A stretch of 14,612 nt of DNA from Oligoflexus sp. GTDB lineage: Bacteria > Bdellovibrionota_B > Oligoflexia > Oligoflexales > Oligoflexaceae. The DNA lies in contig JBGSTX010000072.1 of NCBI GenBank assembly GCA_041736305.1, positions 1-14,612 on the forward strand, read 5' to 3'. The translations under genes and the position numbers were made by a program. Below are positions 5,209 to 14,544 of the stretch, in pieces (position 1 is the first letter of the stretch; every line of letters begins with the position of its first letter). The notes beneath the pieces were generated by a model, which ran no database searches, had not been told where the DNA came from, and was given only the letters and a program-made list of their open reading frames with translations.

Positions 5209-8120
5209 AAATTGGCCCCGATATTGAGACCAATGACGGCGCCTTTCAGCTGGCGATAGCTGCTATTGCCACGAGGGTGATCGCAAGAGCTGCGATTATT
5301 GAGGCAGCGACGCCACGGCCAGCCGAACGAGAGATTCACTGAGCCTAGAGGAGTCAAATAATTGAAGGCTAGGCCGTAGGATAGATAGTTTTTAGTCCAA
5401 AGATACGAGGGATGAGAGGCGATGAGTTCAAATGGATAGGGTTCGTTGTCATAGAATTCAGGTGGAATCTGACCTTCGCGTTCGATCTTGCTGAATTCCC
5501 CACGAATCAGCTGCTCTTCGCGCGAGGTAAAAAAGCTGTTTCCGCTATCGAAAAAGGTGGTCATCGCCAGGGTATCGGTAATGAGCTGATAACGCACTTC
5601 AATTCGTTCTATGCTACGCTGCGATCCGCCGTCGAAAATCTCCGTCTTATCGCCAGTGACGAATACAGGCCCGAGCGAATTCTCTCGAAATCCTCGGTTG
5701 GTCTCCGCTCCTCCAGAAGGCAGGCGTTCGGTGCTGGGGAGTATGTTGGGATTATCTCGACGTTCGATGTTCATATAAGAAGTAAAATTGAAACCTGCAG
5801 CAATAACCACGTTCGGCCAGAGCTGCTTATAAGCTGTGTAACTGAGGCCCCAACGCGTATAGCGAAGTCCACCCCCAAAAACAAATCCTGCATAGCTGAG
5901 CTCGGTTGCCAGTCGATAACCGGTCGTGGGCCAAGCAATGCTGTTACGGCCGTCACTCGAGTGCCGCAAACCGATTTCGCGAATCTGCAGGTTGCCCGTT
6001 TCCATCAGCGTGGCTTCTCGAACATCGCCCTCGGCTTCTTCACGCGTCTCTTTATAGAGAGTAAAAACTTCAATATTGGTGCGGGGAAGGAAACCTCGAA
6101 TCCTATGCGATGCTATGGCTTCAGCTGAACGACTGATCTCCCAGCTCTGTTCTTGAGCGGTGGCTTTGTGATTGAAGGTGAGAGTCCCATCGACGGGATA
6201 ACCGAAAAGATAGGGTTCGAGGTAGCCGATCCCTGCGTAGCGGCCCAGGATCGTCTTGCTCCCGAGTGGACTCTGGTCTTTTTCCTGATTGAGCAAGCCT
6301 TTGCTAAATATCTTGCGGCCGGTCCCGGAGATATTATTGTACGAGCTCTCTACAGAAAACCGTAGGCCTTCCACTAGGCTCCATCCAGGACCAAAACTTA
6401 CGGTGCCGGAGCGAGCTTCACGTATCAATACTGTATAGGAAATGGTCTCGGCTCGCTCGCTCAGAGCCTCTGCGGAACTAATACTAACAGAGCTGAAGAG
6501 ACCGAGGTCGATGAGAGCCTGGCGACTTTCTTCGATCTTGTCTGGATCAAACCAGTCCCCCTCTTTGAAGCGCAGCTCGCGCTCGACTATATCAGGGTAG
6601 GTCTTGACCAGACCCTTGATGTAAATTTCACCAAATCGACTTCTCTTACCCTCGTTGACGCTTATCATGACCTTTGTTTCTATGTCGCGAAACTGTCGAT
6701 TCTGCAAAAGTTCAATATTCATCTGCACATTGAGGAAACCAGATTTTCGATAGATATTGCGCACGAGCTTTTCGAATTCTATCAGTTGCTGCCAAGCAAC
6801 GGGTTGGCCCTTTTCGCTAGGAAAAAGCTCGGCGATCTTTGAAGTCGCTAGCGCCTTATTGCCGACGATAATGAGTTCTTGGAAGATCCGCCGTTTGCCT
6901 TCCCGTACGACAAAGATAACTTTGACTTCGCCGCTCGCAGGATTCTTGATCACCCTTGGTTCGAATATCCGGGCGTCCCAGAAACCCTCCTGCTTATAGT
7001 AGGACAGGAGAGAGTCTCGGGCTTGGCGCACAAGGTCCTGTGAGAAAATCGGCGTACTGCTAAAACTCGGATAGAGATCCATGGCTTCTAAGGCATCCGC
7101 CTCAGGCAGTGCAGCTAAGCCTTCGAACTGCACCTCACTGATGCGATATTCGGTGCCGGGCTTCACTTCAAAAATATATTCGATGGTATCGGAGTCGGGG
7201 TTGGTGGCTTTGGGAGAGCTCACTTCAACGTCGTCGTAGCCCTGGACCTTATACTGGCGCACGAGCTCAGAAGCCATTGCATCCGGATCGCTGATGGTCG
7301 GATCGAGAGAATTGAGAGCATCACCAAAAACGAGCGCGATCAGGCCAGGGGTGCGAATGGGAGAGATGACGCGCGATCGTATTTTCTTGCCTAGGCTCCC
7401 CTTGATTCGCAGGACAGCGGTGTTGGAGCTAGGGTCGAAGACTATCTCGGGACTTTGAATCCGCTGCTGATTGTATCCTTGCGCAATCAAATCGGCTTCG
7501 AGCTCAGCGGTACGAATTTTAATCTCGTCGATGGCGCAGAGCATCCCTTTCTCGAAAGGATTTTTGAATTGGGCGGGCAGTCGAAAGCTAAAGTCGGTTT
7601 TCGAGACGGTACAGGGATAGTCTTCATCGACGGTGAGAAGATAGACGGCATAGGATTCTTCGATCCGTTTTTCTAGCTTCGCCTTCGCCAGAAAATAAGC
7701 ACCATTCTTGAGCGTGCTGTTAAGCTCGGAGAGAACCTGCTGACGCAATTCTGACGAATCAGTTTGCCCTATAAATTTGCTGACCTTGCCCTCAATCTCT
7801 TGCCGCAGCTTACGTGTCAAAGTCGCCACTTCAATGCGGGAAATGCTGGCAGCTGGTGTGAGGGTGATGGAAATTGGACCGTCACCTTCCTGATAGGCTT
7901 CGACTTTTGCCATAGGCTGCTGCTGGCCAATGGCACGAATGAGAGCACTCAGATCATCGGGCCGAGCAACGTCAGGAAATCGCTGTTGCAATTCTTCTAG
8001 TCCGAGCTTGATTTGATCCGCAGCTCTCCTATCGGAAAGCTGCCAGGACAGGGCCTGTGCTGATCGGGGTATGAGCACAAAAGTCAAGGCGATGAACAGC
8101 CGGCTCAAAGTGAAAGCCAT
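5205..8120 (-). CDS. Omp85-family (BamA/TamA-like) outer membrane protein with multiple POTRA domains
   Basis: Signal peptide (MAFTLSRLFIALTFVLIPRSAQA); repeated POTRA signatures (YKVQGYDDVEV, YKQEGFWDA, YRKSGFLNV, IVERELRFKEGDWFD...LIDLGLFSSV); barrel with GGAETNRGF (VRGF-like), FFDSGN, YLTPLG and C-terminal Phe. Start uncertain (8120, 8165 or 8174). Confidence 0.93.
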   Translation of the reverse strand: MAFTLSRLFIALTFVLIPRSAQALSWQLSDRRAADQIKLGLEELQQRFPDVARPDDLSALIRAIGQQQPMAKVEAYQEGDGPISITLTPAASISRIEVATLTRKLRQEIEGKVSKFIGQTDSSELRQQVLSELNSTLKNGAYFLAKAKLEKRIEESYAVYLLTVDEDYPCTVSKTDFSFRLPAQFKNPFEKGMLCAIDEIKIRTAELEADLIAQGYNQQRIQSPEIVFDPSSNTAVLRIKGSLGKKIRSRVISPIRTPGLIALVFGDALNSLDPTISDPDAMASELVRQYKVQGYDDVEVSSPKATNPDSDTIEYIFEVKPGTEYRISEVQFEGLAALPEADALEAMDLYPSFSSTPIFSQDLVRQARDSLLSYYKQEGFWDARIFEPRVIKNPASGEVKVIFVVREGKRRIFQELIIVGNKALATSKIAELFPSEKGQPVAWQQLIEFEKLVRNIYRKSGFLNVQMNIELLQNRQFRDIETKVMISVNEGKRSRFGEIYIKGLVKTYPDIVERELRFKEGDWFDPDKIEESRQALIDLGLFSSVSISSAEALSERAETISYTVLIREARSGTVSFGPGWSLVEGLRFSVESSYNNISGTGRKIFSKGLLNQEKDQSPLGSKTILGRYAGIGYLEPYLFGYPVDGTLTFNHKATAQEQSWEISRSAEAIASHRIRGFLPRTNIEVFTLYKETREEAEGDVREATLMETGNLQIREIGLRHSSDGRNSIAWPTTGYRLATELSYAGFVFGGGLRYTRWGLSYTAYKQLWPNVVIAAGFNFTSYMNIERRDNPNILPSTERLPSGGAETNRGFRENSLGPVFVTGDKTEIFDGGSQRSIERIEVRYQLITDTLAMTTFFDSGNSFFTSREEQLIRGEFSKIEREGQIPPEFYDNEPYPFELIASHPSYLWTKNYLSYGLAFNYLTPLGSVNLSFGWPWRRCLNNRSSCDHPRGNSSYRQLKGAVIGLNIGANF

Positions 8121-8206
8121 CTTTGCCCGCGTAGCTGTCCCATTTTTGTAGGAGCTTCTGCTCATCTTCGTCACATCTGTAGAGTGAATGAGAGAATCAG
8201 CTTAAC

Positions 8207-11200
8207 CTAGTCGAAGCCAAAGCGAAATTTTAAATCAAAACCTGTGTCTTTAGGAAGCGGGCTTTCTATGGTCTCTTCCTTGTTGGCTTTGCTATCGAGA
8301 CTTCCCGAAAAGGTAATTCCCTCGTGGATGGGGTATTCGAAAGATAGCTTGGCATTGGAATCATCGTCAAGCTGGACGACAGCATTGGCCATGTTCCAGA
8401 CGTTGAAAGGGACGTTAAGGCGGGTTACGGGTCGCTGCTCCGACTCGGAGAGATAGGAATCGATATAAACTTCACGAATAAACGTCTGGCCCGAGAGGTC
8501 GACGAGCTTTTCAAGCGGTTCTTCGGCAAAGACCAGGAAGTTGCTAAAAATTTCGTTTACCGAGGCCTTTTCAGCCGTTTTGTTGGCCTGCTCGGGTATC
8601 TTTCCGGTCGTAATGAGAAGGACTATATCGAGGCTGCTTATCGCCGAGCCGTCGTCTCGGATCGCTGGATCGCTGGTGAGCGTTACGCGAGGATTAGAAA
8701 GACTGCCATTGACGCTAACCTGAACCTGGTAGGGATTGACCGTCGTCTCGCCGACGATGTCTAGGCGCGGATTAGGCGGTGAGACCGGTTCATCAAAGGA
8801 AATTACCGCTTGACTGATTCTAAAGAGCCGACGGTAATTAAAAGTTCCGCGATCAGCAATAACTTGCCCAAGAAGAAGCGGCTGCTGCTCGGTTCCTCGG
8901 ACTCTGAGGTTGGCGGAGAGCACGGCCTCGAGACTCTTGCTCTTGATACTGATTGATTTATCCGCCGTGACAGCGACGTCCAGATTGAATAGGGGGCTTG
9001 CCTCAATTGCAGATGACTTATTGACGCTAGCCGTGAGCTTACTTTCATAGAGAGACGAAACGAGTTCTCTTCTCAAATCGAAGTTCCCTATGGACGAGAA
9101 GCGATCGACTTTAAGGTTTCCAGCAAGGTGGAAAGGTACCGAATTGCCGCTCAGGGCCAAGTCTCCACTCAAGACTGTATCCGCAGTTTTGAGGACTGGT
9201 ATACTGATGCGATTGAATTCGATTCTATCGAGCTGAACCATAAGACGAGTAAGTTCCTGTTGGTCACCCCCAAAACCGACCACTCCTGTTGCGCTGATAG
9301 TTCCTTCGCGGCCTTTGTTGGCTCGAAACCTATGCACGATAACGCGATCCGTTTTCGCCTCGACGTCGAGTGAGATACCGGTGAAGGCGGGCCCATAGTC
9401 AAGAAATCCTAGCGTGAGAGGCGTCCACTCTTTCATGTTGAAGGGATCGAGCTTGCGTTCGCGAACCCGCAGCGAAATATCCGGCTTTGCGATGGAACCC
9501 CGCAGGTAGCCTTCCACCATAAGCTCGCCGCGGGCCGTCTCGAGCAAGGGCGTGAAGCTTTTGAGTATATCGAGCTTCAATGATCCCTGCAGCTTGATGT
9601 CCAGATGTTCGGGTAAACGGTTTTCGCCTGCAGTGATTTCAAAGTTGAAGAACTCTCCTTGGAGTTTGAGTGGTTTTTTTTCAGCCAAACGCCAGTTCTG
9701 TGGGCTGATCTGAATGCGAATGGGCTGGTCGCTATTGAGTTCGAGATTGCTGGTCCGATTTCCGAGGTTGCGAAAGAGCTTAGATTGCAGTCGACTCAAA
9801 ACGAGCTCACCTTTTGATTCCCAAAATTTCTTGAGCTGTCCCTTCATCGTCCATTCAGCACTCAGATAAGCGAAGTTGCGTGGGTCTTCTGCAAATAGAG
9901 GGCCGAGCAGAGCGCGGATATCGAGCTGATTGAGATAGAGGTACCAGTCGAACGGCAGGTCTTTTTTCCCAAAATCAATATTGAGTCGCCCAGCCAGGGC
10001 ATTTCCGGAGTGCCGCAGCTCAGGAATATGGAGCTCATAACCATCGATGAAGCCTGAGACTGAGATCGATGAAATTGGGATTCCCCAGGCAAAAGGCTGC
10101 TCTAGAGACGCTTCAATCTTACCTTGTAGGCGATCGATAGGTCCTTCGAGCTCCGATTCTAGCCGGATTTCGCCGCTGATACGCTGGTCTCTGAAAAAAT
10201 TACCGACAAAAGGCAAAACTCGCAGATGATTGACGCCACCTGTTGTATTGGTTCGATACTCGCCACTTATCTTGTCGATAGTCTTAACACTCAAATGAAC
10301 CTTATCTTCAGGGCCAATGCCGAGCTGATGCAGAATATGCCGTGCCGGGACCCGGCTATCTTTATGTTCGACCCTCGCTTCTAAACGCGCCTCAAGCTGA
10401 TCCAGACGGAAATAGGCGTCTTCAAGTTTCCAGCTCTGTCCCTCACTTAGCAGACTTCCCGAGTTCTCGTGAAAGAGCGTCTCTTCGCCGTGTCGCAGAT
10501 TTTGGACGACGTATTGGGCATGACCTCGATAGCGAAAGGGTTGGAGCAGGGGCCCTTCCAGATGGCCTGTGAGCGATTGGATAGCAAACGAAAGCCCATC
10601 CGCCCCAAACATTGACTGTAAACCTGCATGAAAAAATTCAGAGGACACTTTGTCGGCACCGACATCGGCCTCAAACAGATAGGGTGGTTTGATATTAATT
10701 TTTACATCGTTGAGATCAAGGCGCCCTGCGTTTCCTTCGAGGAGGGTAAAGCTCGGAATGATGAGTTCATCTCGATCGACCAGATAGCGGAACTTAGCGT
10801 CGATTTGCTGAGCCGCAAAACCACCGAAATTAAAGCCCTTCGAGTGGCCTTCTCCAGCGATCACAATTTTATTGTAAGGACCTTTGATGGAAACCCGGGC
10901 CTGCAGGATTCCGCTAGCTGGAAATTTTGTGAAATGATTCAGTAGCCCGCCTTCAAGTCGCGGCGATTGAATGCTGATATCGAGACCCTCCGCTTCATCA
11001 AAGCGAAAATCTCCCATTAAATTCACAGGTGAACTCAGTTCGCGATCGCCCAGCACATTTTTGCAGTCACCTTCGGCTTTATTGATGTGCAGGCCTTCGC
11101 TCTTAATGATCAACTCAGTGTCCAAGAGGCAGCTCGGTGGCTTTTGATAGCGATCCGGAAGCTCCGCTACCAAGGGAAAGGTTAAATCTTTGAAGTCGGC

Positions 11201-12505
11201 TAGGCCCTGGATGCGGATTTCAAATGGCTTGGCCTGCCCCTTGAGGCTGATGCTATCGGCTACGAGCTGGGCTTCCACAGCAGTAAAATCGTCGACTTTG
11301 ACCACTGATAGGAGCTGCTTTAGGCTGAGGCGCACAGGTATGATGTCGTATTCGAAGGGTACCTGACTAGAAAAGCCTATGAATCCATGCCCGCGTGCGA
11401 GCAGCTGGGTGCCCTTGTAAACTTTGGCATTATCAAAATTCATGCCTTTTTCATTGATGCTGAATGCAAGCTGCGAATCAAGAAGCTTGAAACCGTCTAG
11501 AGTAGCATTCTGTGAAGTACTTTGACCTTCGATTTTAAATGATGGCTTTCGCTGATCGAGCGGCAGATGGACCAGAACATCCGCATTGCCAATGATGTCG
11601 CCACCGGTCTGATCGACACTCAGGAAGCGACCGAGAATGCCGATATCAGCGCGATGAACTTTATGTTGGAAGCGAAGAAACAAACCCTTGAGTCGCCGGG
11701 TCAAGGGCGAAAGCCTAGGGCCATTTACACTTTCGCTTTCATAGTCAAGCGTCATCTGGCTGTCGATGCTGAGATCTGCTGATCTCATCTCCAAATACTC
11801 AGATTCGAGTTTCTCGCCTTTCTGACGAAGCCGCGTCTTGAGCTCGAGGCTTCTGATGAGATGATTTCCCTCCAGACTCAGATCGAACTGCCGCACAGCA
11901 GCATCAAGCTTAACGTCTTCAAATCCGTTGTAAGTGATTTGCATATCAAAACCGGCTATCTCCGCGACCAAGAGACTTGGATCTGTAGATTTTTCCGCAG
12001 GCAAGTGAACTTTGAGCGAAGCATTGGTCCAACTCAGCTGACGAAATGGCAGATCACGGCTGAGCGGCCAGGAAGGGAGCTCGCTCTTCTTCTGCAGTTC
12101 GGGAAATTTTTCGACTCTAATCAAATCGGCTAAGGGAGGCAGCGGAAGTTCAAGCTGCGGGCCATTGACTTCTATTTCCAAAATTTCCTTTTTGCTTAGG
12201 AATAATGCCCAAATAGACAGACGAATCTGCACATGCTTGGCCTGGAAGAGAGGAGCAGCGACTTCGAAACCTTTGCGCCGCAATTCGATTCCATAGATGT
12301 CGAGGCTGAGCGGAATAAGACGGCCGTTGATCGCCTCGAATTTCACGTTCAGGTAAGTATAGTCATCGAGCTTTTTATTGATTTTTTGTTTGAGTATCTG
12401 GTTGAAAAAGGGATTGTCGATCAGCAAATTGCCGACATAAGCGGCTATGACGAGAGCCGCGACTAATATCGAAATTTTTCGAAAGACATCCAAGAGAGAT
12501 CGCAT
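8207..12505 (-). CDS. tamB: Translocation and assembly module TamB / AsmA-like protein (DUF490-type C-terminus), 1432 aa
   Basis: N-terminal membrane anchor, AsmA-like start, long amphipathic beta-rich body, C-terminal LRVRGTEQQPLLLG...NPRLDI...VNGSLSNPRVTLTSDP typical of TamB; directly upstream of an Omp85 gene. Confidence 0.88.
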   Translation of the reverse strand: MRSLLDVFRKISILVAALVIAAYVGNLLIDNPFFNQILKQKINKKLDDYTYLNVKFEAINGRLIPLSLDIYGIELRRKGFEVAAPLFQAKHVQIRLSIWALFLSKKEILEIEVNGPQLELPLPPLADLIRVEKFPELQKKSELPSWPLSRDLPFRQLSWTNASLKVHLPAEKSTDPSLLVAEIAGFDMQITYNGFEDVKLDAAVRQFDLSLEGNHLIRSLELKTRLRQKGEKLESEYLEMRSADLSIDSQMTLDYESESVNGPRLSPLTRRLKGLFLRFQHKVHRADIGILGRFLSVDQTGGDIIGNADVLVHLPLDQRKPSFKIEGQSTSQNATLDGFKLLDSQLAFSINEKGMNFDNAKVYKGTQLLARGHGFIGFSSQVPFEYDIIPVRLSLKQLLSVVKVDDFTAVEAQLVADSISLKGQAKPFEIRIQGLADFKDLTFPLVAELPDRYQKPPSCLLDTELIIKSEGLHINKAEGDCKNVLGDRELSSPVNLMGDFRFDEAEGLDISIQSPRLEGGLLNHFTKFPASGILQARVSIKGPYNKIVIAGEGHSKGFNFGGFAAQQIDAKFRYLVDRDELIIPSFTLLEGNAGRLDLNDVKINIKPPYLFEADVGADKVSSEFFHAGLQSMFGADGLSFAIQSLTGHLEGPLLQPFRYRGHAQYVVQNLRHGEETLFHENSGSLLSEGQSWKLEDAYFRLDQLEARLEARVEHKDSRVPARHILHQLGIGPEDKVHLSVKTIDKISGEYRTNTTGGVNHLRVLPFVGNFFRDQRISGEIRLESELEGPIDRLQGKIEASLEQPFAWGIPISSISVSGFIDGYELHIPELRHSGNALAGRLNIDFGKKDLPFDWYLYLNQLDIRALLGPLFAEDPRNFAYLSAEWTMKGQLKKFWESKGELVLSRLQSKLFRNLGNRTSNLELNSDQPIRIQISPQNWRLAEKKPLKLQGEFFNFEITAGENRLPEHLDIKLQGSLKLDILKSFTPLLETARGELMVEGYLRGSIAKPDISLRVRERKLDPFNMKEWTPLTLGFLDYGPAFTGISLDVEAKTDRVIVHRFRANKGREGTISATGVVGFGGDQQELTRLMVQLDRIEFNRISIPVLKTADTVLSGDLALSGNSVPFHLAGNLKVDRFSSIGNFDLRRELVSSLYESKLTASVNKSSAIEASPLFNLDVAVTADKSISIKSKSLEAVLSANLRVRGTEQQPLLLGQVIADRGTFNYRRLFRISQAVISFDEPVSPPNPRLDIVGETTVNPYQVQVSVNGSLSNPRVTLTSDPAIRDDGSAISSLDIVLLITTGKIPEQANKTAEKASVNEIFSNFLVFAEEPLEKLVDLSGQTFIREVYIDSYLSESEQRPVTRLNVPFNVWNMANAVVQLDDDSNAKLSFEYPIHEGITFSGSLDSKANKEETIESPLPKDTGFDLKFRFGFD

Positions 12506-12597
12506 TGCATCAACTATTTTAAAGGAGCGGCAGCTACTTTTTTCGAGTCCTATTGACCCGAAAATCCCAGGGCCGCGATTTCGGACAGATCCGTAGT

Positions 12598-13557
12598 CTA
12601 CGACTGCTCGGGATCTTGACCATCGTCTGATTTATAGTAAAGAGAATTCAGATCAAGAGCCGCTCCCGAAGCTCGTGGGGCAGCGACTACGGGCGAGCGA
12701 CGTCGCTGAGCAGCGCTGGCACGAGATCCATCCGCCATCAGTTCATCGCCATTTTTAATGAAGCCCAAGAACTTGAGTGCCCTAGTCATGATGTCGGGCC
12801 CTACATTGCGTTGCTCACGTAGAAAAGCTTCGACCAAACAAGTTTCAAGGACCGATTCCACAGCGGCAAAAGTCACAACTTCGTTTTGCATGAGTAGATC
12901 GAGAGCTTCCCGCTGCACCGTCTTAGGGGGAAGCCGCCATAGTGCAAGACGATGGCTGACAAAGCCAGCAAGCTCGCTGGGACTCAGAACCTGCAGCTCA
13001 GTGCAGAGTCCAAAGCGATGGCGAATGCCTTCGATCTTTTGCAAGTTTTGTATAAGAGAAGCTTGGCCGATCAGCGCACAGTTGAGACCGAAACCGATGC
13101 GAGGCGCGCTTCTTCCCAGTCCAAGCAAAGTTTCGAATGCATCAGGATCACTCAGCTTGTGCGCCTCATCGACGATGATGGTGAGGATTTTGCCATGAGT
13201 TTGCGCGCGGTGCAGTTGGCGGATGAGCTCTTTACTTTCGCCGACTTCTATTCCTAAGTAGCCCGCAAGGCTCACCATGAGCCAGTTTCCTGAATTCTCT
13301 TTTTGCATCAAGGAAAAGAGGGCTACGTCATGAGTTTTTGGATCCAAACGATGGTAGAGCCATTTTGCGAAAGTCGACTTTCCATGGCCCGCAGGGGCCG
13401 TAATTACCGACATTTGCGCCGCGCGGTTCAACGAAAATAGCAGTCGACCTGCTACCAGCTCGGTCCGTTCCTGCCAATATAACTGCTCATTCGACACTGG
13501 CTCATTCCAGGGCAGGCTTTGCCAACCCCAAAAAGCCAGAAACTCTTGGTTCTGCAC
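12598..13557 (-). CDS. ExeA/GspA/MshM-family AAA+ ATPase
   Basis: FLAFWGWQSLPW N-terminus (ExeA-like Y..FFG....PF), Walker A APAGHGKS (13375..13398), Walker B IIVDEAH, LIGQASL (cf. LVGQPEL), IRHRF arginine finger. GTG start at 13557 follows GAGAGG (ORF track starts at 13581). Confidence 0.85.
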   Translation of the reverse strand: MQNQEFLAFWGWQSLPWNEPVSNEQLYWQERTELVAGRLLFSLNRAAQMSVITAPAGHGKSTFAKWLYHRLDPKTHDVALFSLMQKENSGNWLMVSLAGYLGIEVGESKELIRQLHRAQTHGKILTIIVDEAHKLSDPDAFETLLGLGRSAPRIGFGLNCALIGQASLIQNLQKIEGIRHRFGLCTELQVLSPSELAGFVSHRLALWRLPPKTVQREALDLLMQNEVVTFAAVESVLETCLVEAFLREQRNVGPDIMTRALKFLGFIKNGDELMADGSRASAAQRRRSPVVAAPRASGAALDLNSLYYKSDDGQDPEQS

Positions 13558-13596
13558 TTTAGAATGCCTCTCTTTTCTCAAGGGCTTTACTTGCGT

Positions 13597-14544
13597 TCAG
13601 CTGGCCGTGTTGGTCCAGCGTTGCTTGAAATCATCGACGAGGAGCAGTTGGTTATCGATCGCTTCACGGAAGCGCTCAGTGTAACCCTCGGAGTAAAGAC
13701 AGCGCGCGAGGAAATCCTGCGCCTGCACTCGACAATAATCTTCCCGGACCAGCTCTTCGAGCAGCTGAATACAGGGAGCCACATCATTAAGCATCAAGTG
13801 GGCTTGAATCTGATCTGAAATAAGCAGCCGTGGATTGCCGTGGTTTTTACGGGTAGCGGCTAGGATCTTAAGCGCCGTCTCAGGCATGGCGGCCCGTAAG
13901 TAGAACTCGACGGTATTGATAATTATTCCGATATTTCTTGGGTGCTCCTTGAGCGAAGCCAATAAGAGCTTCTCTACCGATTTATAATCTGTTTGCCGCA
14001 TCAGGATCTGTGTCATGCAAGGCGTGACCAGGGGCAGAAGGTCAGATTCTTTTTTCAGTCCGGTCATGATTTTAGAAAAAGCTAGGAACTCTCTGGCTAA
14101 GAAATGACGGCGAGCCACATAGAGCTTTCGCATACTGCCCTGGTTCCAGCGTCGAAGCAGCCACTCGAAACCTGCAACAAAAGTCGCAGGATTTTCGGGT
14201 GAAGCAATCAATTCAGGCATCCCGAGCTCTTTGAGTAGATGCATTTCCTGGCTATGGACTGGGTCGCAGACCACTATCGTCGGTGTAAGTATCGCCAAGG
14301 GATCGACAATTTGGGCCCTCAGTATAAAACTGGCAGGAAGTTCCGGCGTATCATGGACCAAGAGGATGGTGGCTTGATTGCTGCGGAGTGCATTCATTGC
14401 CTCCGCCATTCCGCTTACCTGCACAGAAACATGCCATTGCCGCCGTTTTAGACGAATGGTAATCTCCTCGGAAAATCCTCGCGGATTCGCCGAAACCAGA
14501 ACTATGTGGGGGACATCTCCTGGCCCTTGCGCTGCTTGCGTCAT
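13597..14544 (-). CDS. Pseudo-receiver domain + TPR-like helical protein
   Basis: N-terminal alternating beta/alpha pattern like REC (HIVLVS, AEAMNALRSNQATILLVHD, TPTIVVC, LKELGMPELIASP) lacking the acidic pair and the conserved Lys; C-terminal TPR-like helices (LLLASLKEHPRN, FYLRAAMPETALKIL, LARCLYSEG). ATG at 14544 with purine-rich upstream sequence. Confidence 0.6.
   Translation of the reverse strand: MTQAAQGPGDVPHIVLVSANPRGFSEEITIRLKRRQWHVSVQVSGMAEAMNALRSNQATILLVHDTPELPASFILRAQIVDPLAILTPTIVVCDPVHSQEMHLLKELGMPELIASPENPATFVAGFEWLLRRWNQGSMRKLYVARRHFLAREFLAFSKIMTGLKKESDLLPLVTPCMTQILMRQTDYKSVEKLLLASLKEHPRNIGIIINTVEFYLRAAMPETALKILAATRKNHGNPRLLISDQIQAHLMLNDVAPCIQLLEELVREDYCRVQAQDFLARCLYSEGYTERFREAIDNQLLLVDDFKQRWTNTAS

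Noticed and set aside
12598-13557. TniB/TnsC/IstB-like transposon ATPase
   Set aside because: No transposase or terminal repeats nearby; N-terminal and GQxxL motifs fit ExeA-type proteins better.
5412-13818. Many short alternative-frame or antisense ORFs inside the Omp85, tamB, ATPase and REC-TPR genes (e.g. 5412..6128, 10628..10945, 12758..13198)
   Set aside because: Nested within well-supported genes, with no domain signatures.
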